From positions 34,865 to 98,864 of the IMG/VR virus record IMGVR_UViG_3300008114_000042: a stretch of 64,000 nt of DNA, one strand, 5' to 3'. Shown piece after piece: positions 58,893 to 64,000 of the stretch. The stretch comes from a virus. Position 1 is the stretch's first letter; each line of letters opens with the position of its first letter. A model generated the notes under the pieces. The model was not told the DNA's origin. It saw only the letters and a list, made by a program, of their open reading frames with translations, and did not search any database. The position numbers and the translations under genes are program-made.

Positions 58893-60974
58893 ATGGCACA
58901 GGCACCCATGAATGGGAACGTTGGTACCATTCCCTTCTCACAAAGAGGAAGCAATTTGTTTGAGAAGGAATATTACTGGGACGGCTATCGTTGGGTGCGT
59001 TATGGCATGACAATGCCTGCCCCCGGTAAGACCAGTGGTTCGGGGCTGTCTATCGTTCCCAGTTATGCTCGTGGAGATGCGCAGAAGGCAGCATCCCAAC
59101 TGGCAGCATCGGTAGACGAAGGCTCCTTCCTTCTTGATGAAACAACAGGCGCTATATACCAGTCCAAGAACGGGGTAGCCATTCCTATTGGCTACATGGC
59201 CCCAGACGCATCAAGCACTCCTTCTGTTTCCGCACCAGCGCAAACGCTCTATGCTAAGTTAGACACAACAGGCAAGGTAGTAGGTGTTGAGTGGAAGCCA
59301 GCGACCGGCGCTGAGGGGAAGCGTGGACAGCCGGGGCCTAAGGGAGATAAAGGTGACAAGGGAGACAGGGGCTCAACTGGCGCTCAAGGAAAAATTGGAA
59401 GGACCGGACCACAGGGACCAAGAGGAACTGCTCTTTCTGTAAAGGCTAGCGTCAAAGAAGAGAAGGACTTGCCAACAAACGCACCAATCGATGAAATGCA
59501 CTTGGTTACGTCCAATGGAACTTTCTGGGTCTTTGTTGGACTCAACGAGGTAGGAGAGAAAGACGTAAATGCAAATGGCTGGCTGAAACTTGGAGTAATC
59601 CAAGGGCCAGAAGGAGCAATGGGCGAGCCCGGTCAGGACGGACGTGACGGCAGGGACGGATACGACGGCAGGGACGGGGTAGATGGACCAAAGGGAGACA
59701 CAGGCGACCGAGGCCAGTCTCCATATGAGGAATGGCGAGACAACCAAGCAGCGATGTCGCTTCCTGCTGGTTTCGGTGACTGGCTTGAGGCAATTCAGGG
59801 CGATCCGGGTCCAGTACCAGAGATGCTCATTGGAAATGTCAAGACCATTGACTATGCTGACTATGAAGATGGGACACGCTCACCAGAAGTTGTTATCGCA
59901 TCTGGCGACGGTAGTCAGGCATTTCCATTCGAACTTGGCTTCACACTCGTCACAGGACCAGAAGGTCCAGTAGGTCCAGAAGGACCCCAAGGCGACAAGG
60001 GCGACTACTCAAACATAACAATAGACCCAGTAGTGGACACGCTACCACCACAAACGGATGCCACCGTTACTGTGACTGCTGCTGGCCCCGGAAATTCAGA
60101 CGTAATTGTCAAGTTTGCTATTCCCCAAGGAGAGAAGGGCGATCAAGGAGACAGAGGTCCACAGGGTGATGCTGGTGTAAACGGTCTGGACGGTCGTGAC
60201 GGCGCTCCCGGCCTTGATGGATTGGAAGGAGCAGACGGAGCAGACGGAACAGACGGTGTGGATGGAGTAGATGGAAAAGATGGTGTGTCACTCTACATTA
60301 CAACAATAACAGGGAACATTCCTAATCCACTACCTGTCGCTGCCCCAAATCCATTAGGAGAGGTGCGTGTCTATGACAACGGCTCTATTGTGTGGGATGG
60401 TGCAAAGTGGGTAACCGGCCCAAACCTACGAGGACCCCAAGGCGTCAAGGGAGACACTGGACTCTTCACCATCAAGAGTGGTAAGGGAAAGCCAGTAGCA
60501 GCAACAACCACAGCAGTTCCCAACACTCTCTATGTAGACACCGACACGGGAGAGGTGTGGGAGGTAAAAAGCACAAATATTGGGGCAGGAACATCAAACT
60601 TGTGGGTAAGCACAAGCGTCAACCTCAAAGACCTTATTGGTCTTGCCCCCACAGCAGAAAATTCCATATACTACTCCGTAAAGGATGGGACTGGAACACC
60701 ACAAAAATACAAGTTGGCAGAACTAACAGCGGGTACTGCTGGTCAAGTGCTTCGTGCTGATGCCAATAGAAAGCCAGAGTGGGCTAACCCAGATACCCTT
60801 CCTACACCAACAGCAGAAGGGCAGTTGCTTATAGCAAAAACCTCTGGCAGTAATATAGTGTGGGAGCCACTCGCCCCTGCACCAGCAATAGCATCAGGAG
60901 GAACAGAGGAATACGTCCTCACCTTTACAAGCACAGGGTACGGATGGAAGAGAATTAGCATGGGCGGCATCTAG
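58893..60974 (+). CDS. collagen-like fibre protein
   Basis: Extensive G-X-Y repeats. Confidence 0.85.
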   Translation: MAQAPMNGNVGTIPFSQRGSNLFEKEYYWDGYRWVRYGMTMPAPGKTSGSGLSIVPSYARGDAQKAASQLAASVDEGSFLLDETTGAIYQSKNGVAIPIGYMAPDASSTPSVSAPAQTLYAKLDTTGKVVGVEWKPATGAEGKRGQPGPKGDKGDKGDRGSTGAQGKIGRTGPQGPRGTALSVKASVKEEKDLPTNAPIDEMHLVTSNGTFWVFVGLNEVGEKDVNANGWLKLGVIQGPEGAMGEPGQDGRDGRDGYDGRDGVDGPKGDTGDRGQSPYEEWRDNQAAMSLPAGFGDWLEAIQGDPGPVPEMLIGNVKTIDYADYEDGTRSPEVVIASGDGSQAFPFELGFTLVTGPEGPVGPEGPQGDKGDYSNITIDPVVDTLPPQTDATVTVTAAGPGNSDVIVKFAIPQGEKGDQGDRGPQGDAGVNGLDGRDGAPGLDGLEGADGADGTDGVDGVDGKDGVSLYITTITGNIPNPLPVAAPNPLGEVRVYDNGSIVWDGAKWVTGPNLRGPQGVKGDTGLFTIKSGKGKPVAATTTAVPNTLYVDTDTGEVWEVKSTNIGAGTSNLWVSTSVNLKDLIGLAPTAENSIYYSVKDGTGTPQKYKLAELTAGTAGQVLRADANRKPEWANPDTLPTPTAEGQLLIAKTSGSNIVWEPLAPAPAIASGGTEEYVLTFTSTGYGWKRISMGGI

Positions 60975-61022
60975 TGCTTCCTATGGTATAATGAAGACAA
61001 ATAAAACTCAAGGGGCAGGACA

Positions 61023-61856
61023 ATGGCAGCGACATCAACAGCAGTAGCGGCAGGGAAGAAGAACGCAGGGAAGTCATTTATGATCCCCGCAGTAACAGAT
61101 GACCTCAGCGTAGTACGGGCTCTCACAGACTTTGCAGCCGACCTTCCTGATCTTGTTCCTACCCCCGTAATGGCAACAGACAAGAACAGGGTTCTCAAGG
61201 TGAATGCCGCAGGCACTGCCTTTGGATGGGAAGCGGAATCCAAGGAACTTCCAGCACCCACAGCAGGCACGGTAGACGCAAATAAGGTGCTTGCTCTTGG
61301 AACAGACGGGCAGACAGCAGAATGGAAGGCAATTACAGACATCACTGAACTCAAGCCTGCCGTCGCAAACGCTGCCGCACTTCCCGCAACAAGCAACAAC
61401 TACGGAGACATTCGCGTCACACTTGACTCTGGGAGAATGCACATCTGGGTAAAGGGAGTTCCTGACAGTTGGGATGATATCGGTCCAGCCGCCGCAGGCG
61501 GTGCAACAGTAGCAACAACAGAGGTTCCTCTCGCCCCTGCTGCTGTCGCCAAGGTAGGCTCAGCCAGCGGTGTCGCTGCTCGTGCAGACCACGTTCACCC
61601 AGCAGAACTTCCTGCTCACGCAGTAGGACAGAGTGGTCAGGTGCTCACAGTAGACGCTACCGGAACAGGTGTTGAGTGGGCAGCAGTAGACGCTCTACCT
61701 AGTGGAGTAGAAGGAAACATTCTCGTCCATAATGGAACGGGATGGGTAGTCATGGCTCCTCCATCTGTCACAGGAAACCCCAAGGTAGTCTTGTCATTCG
61801 TAGGAACTCAGCCAGTCTGGATGAAGATGACACAAGCAGGAATAACCACACTATAA
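61023..61856 (+). CDS. fibre/decoration protein
   Basis: 'ARADHVH', 'VL.....G..EW' repeats; paralog of next gene. Confidence 0.7.
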   Translation: MAATSTAVAAGKKNAGKSFMIPAVTDDLSVVRALTDFAADLPDLVPTPVMATDKNRVLKVNAAGTAFGWEAESKELPAPTAGTVDANKVLALGTDGQTAEWKAITDITELKPAVANAAALPATSNNYGDIRVTLDSGRMHIWVKGVPDSWDDIGPAAAGGATVATTEVPLAPAAVAKVGSASGVAARADHVHPAELPAHAVGQSGQVLTVDATGTGVEWAAVDALPSGVEGNILVHNGTGWVVMAPPSVTGNPKVVLSFVGTQPVWMKMTQAGITTL

Positions 61857-61869
61857 GGAGAATGAATAA

Positions 61870-64000
61870 ATGACTACCGGAGAGAATTACACGATTCCAA
61901 CAGGGAAGCCATTAGCAGGGAGTACAGTCGTTGTCCCCAAGACAGTAGACCCATTGGACGTAAGGCAAGCAATAGTCGATCTTGCTGACTCTCTACCCGC
62001 TGCCCCTGCTGGTGTTGCCCTTGCTACTACTGCTCCCGCCGATCCAGCCGCATCAGCGGCGGTAGGCAGCGGAACAACTGCTGCAAAGGCAGACCACGTA
62101 CATAAGAAGGAACTCCCTGCTCACGCGGCGGCTAACGCAAATCATGTTCTGCATGTTGATGCGACTGGGCTGGTCACGGAGTGGAGAGCACTCACTGACC
62201 TCACAGAGTTGAAGTCGGCGGTGGCGAACGAGGCCGCTCTCCCTGCTACGGGGAACACGGTTGGCGACATTCGTGTGACGCTGGACGACGGCAACATGCA
62301 CGTATGGATCGCTGCGACGGCGACGCCTGCTGTCGCGGCGCATTGGGACAAGATCGGTCCTGCTGCTGCTGGCGGTGCTACGGTGACAAGCACGGTTGCT
62401 GGAAAAGACCCTGCGCCTGCTGCGGCGGTGGGTGCGAGTACAGATGCGGCGCGAGCGGATCACGTCCACAAGGCTGAACTACCTGCCCACGTCCTCGCTG
62501 ACGCGGCAAAGCACCTCGCGGTGACTGCTGCGGGAACGGCGGTGGAGTGGGTGGCGCCGCTCGCACTCGCTACGACTGCTCCTGCTGACCCCGCTGCTGC
62601 TGCTGCGGTCGGGACGGGCACCACGGTCGCTCGCGCCGACCACCAGCACAAGGCTGAACTACCCGCTCACACAGCGACGGACAAGCATCAGTCGCTGTGG
62701 CTTGGGCTGAACGGTACTCCTGAGTGGAGGGCTCCAAGCCCGACCACCGCGCCACTAGGCGTACATTTCATAGACACTCCTACATACGGGTTCTTCACCG
62801 TGAACGCGGTGTCTACGACTGCCAAGGTGAGCATCACCAACCTCGCCGCCCTCCCCGTTGAGCACCGCCAGTACTTCGTGGCTGGTGGGCTTTTCCGGTT
62901 GCCAAGAACATACATGGGAACGCCACGGACCTACCGCATCGTCAAGGACTTCCCTGCTGCTGTCTGGACTGCGACTGATCCGATCCCGGAGGCTACTTGG
63001 GGCCCGCATGGACCGGACGAGTATTTCGCTTGGGAAGACGTTGCGGCTGCTGTCGCTGAGGGCGGCACGCAGGGCAAGTACGATTACGCCGTCCCGGAAA
63101 TCCCCCCGCATGTCGCTGCGGACGCAGGCAAGACCCTTGTCGTGAACCCGACGGGTACTGCGATTGAGTGGGGGACGCCGAAGGCTCCAAGCCCGAGCAT
63201 CTCTCCACTAGGCGTACAGTTCAAGGTACCTTTGGCGTCCTTGTTCACCCTGAACGAGACCCAGTTGACCTTCACCAACCTCGCTTCCATCCCCGTTGAG
63301 CACCGCCAGTTCTTCGTGGCTGGTGCGCTTATCCGGACAAGGCTTCCGTTGATCTCGGGGAAGATACGGACCTACCGCATCGTCAAGGATTGGCCTGCTG
63401 CTGTCTGGACAGCGGCCCCTCTGACAGATGCTACTTGGGGTCCGCATGGAGCGAAAGAGTATTTCGCTTGGGAGGACATTAGGGATGCTCTCGCTGAGGG
63501 CAACACGTTCGCAGGGTGGGAGTATTCCGTCCCGGAAGTCCCCCCGCATACACAGGTCAAGAACTTCAACGACATTCTACGGGTCAACAATAATAACAGT
63601 GTTGAGTGGAGGAGTCCCACTCCGTTTACTGAGCCCACGTTCACCGGGGATCGCATTCCCCATGTAGGGGATATCCACTTTGGGCCGTTCGGCTCGGACT
63701 TGCAAGCAGAGTTCGCCAACGTGTACCACTCCACTCACAGGGCGTTGTTCAAAGCCGGTAACGTCATGAAGGTAACGGCGGATGATGGGACTGGTGACTA
63801 CTACCTTCGCATCATCAAGGACTTCCCCGACACCGTTTTCGACACCCTTCCGGGAGCCAACGGATTTGTTGATGAAACCGCAATTGGTGAAGCGACTGAC
63901 TACATCGCTTGGGAGGATATGGCCTCCATTGCCGCTCACCGCTATAAGGCGAACCCTGCGGGTTCGGGCTGGCTACAAGGCCCGTTCAGTATTCGGGCGA
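61870..64000 (+). CDS. fibre protein with tandem repeated domains (runs off window)
   Basis: Open from ATG 61870 to window end; 'ADHVHK.ELPAH' x3 and three related 'RI(V/I)KD...AWED' domains. Confidence 0.8.
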   Translation, partial: MTTGENYTIPTGKPLAGSTVVVPKTVDPLDVRQAIVDLADSLPAAPAGVALATTAPADPAASAAVGSGTTAAKADHVHKKELPAHAAANANHVLHVDATGLVTEWRALTDLTELKSAVANEAALPATGNTVGDIRVTLDDGNMHVWIAATATPAVAAHWDKIGPAAAGGATVTSTVAGKDPAPAAAVGASTDAARADHVHKAELPAHVLADAAKHLAVTAAGTAVEWVAPLALATTAPADPAAAAAVGTGTTVARADHQHKAELPAHTATDKHQSLWLGLNGTPEWRAPSPTTAPLGVHFIDTPTYGFFTVNAVSTTAKVSITNLAALPVEHRQYFVAGGLFRLPRTYMGTPRTYRIVKDFPAAVWTATDPIPEATWGPHGPDEYFAWEDVAAAVAEGGTQGKYDYAVPEIPPHVAADAGKTLVVNPTGTAIEWGTPKAPSPSISPLGVQFKVPLASLFTLNETQLTFTNLASIPVEHRQFFVAGALIRTRLPLISGKIRTYRIVKDWPAAVWTAAPLTDATWGPHGAKEYFAWEDIRDALAEGNTFAGWEYSVPEVPPHTQVKNFNDILRVNNNNSVEWRSPTPFTEPTFTGDRIPHVGDIHFGPFGSDLQAEFANVYHSTHRALFKAGNVMKVTADDGTGDYYLRIIKDFPDTVFDTLPGANGFVDETAIGEATDYIAWEDMASIAAHRYKANPAGSGWLQGPFSIRA
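62730..63550 (+). repeat. tandem duplicated ~390-bp domain
   Basis: Identical blocks e.g. 'ccccgttgagcaccgccagt', 'acggacctaccgcatcgtcaagga', 'gagtatttcgcttggga'. Confidence 0.85.

Noticed and set aside
62730-63550. DGR template/variable repeat pair
   Set aside because: Differences are not adenine-specific, include indels, both copies are in one ORF, and no reverse transcriptase is in the window

Overview
This is a 64-kb piece of a large tailed dsDNA phage of Actinobacteria. The host assignment rests on WhiB, an Rpf-like transglycosylase, many leaderless genes and GAAAGG-type RBSs; the gene set resembles large Streptomyces/freshwater actinophages. 1-32 kb (+ strand): replication/recombination module (DnaB, primase, SSB, DnaE, RecA, Hjc, Cas4-like, broken RuvC), terminase, accessory genes and a tRNA cluster. 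32.2-48.4 kb (- strand): an early-type arm of small genes in repeated promoter modules, plus six tRNAs and a ~430-nt structured RNA candidate. 48.5-64 kb (+ strand): Endo VII, a glycoside hydrolase, a Cys-His peptidase and several fibre/collagen-like virion proteins. Eight free-standing homing endonuclease genes are present. The strongest unexplained signal is non-coding. The minus-strand arm's promoters are built from apparent host regulator sites: ten CRP/GlxR-type TGTGA-N6-TCACA boxes helically phased to the promoter, five TGTCAG-N10-TAnnnT (PafBC/RecA-NDp-type) promoters, GlnR/MtrA-type boxes, DnaA boxes and a TGTCCG repeat. A GGGGCCGCGCCCC quasi-palindrome delimits the modules. Also notable are a tRNA-Ile(UAU) whose D-arm appears relocated into the variable arm, and small internal deletions in both genes flanking one HNH gene. 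All calls come from reading the sequence; no searches were run.
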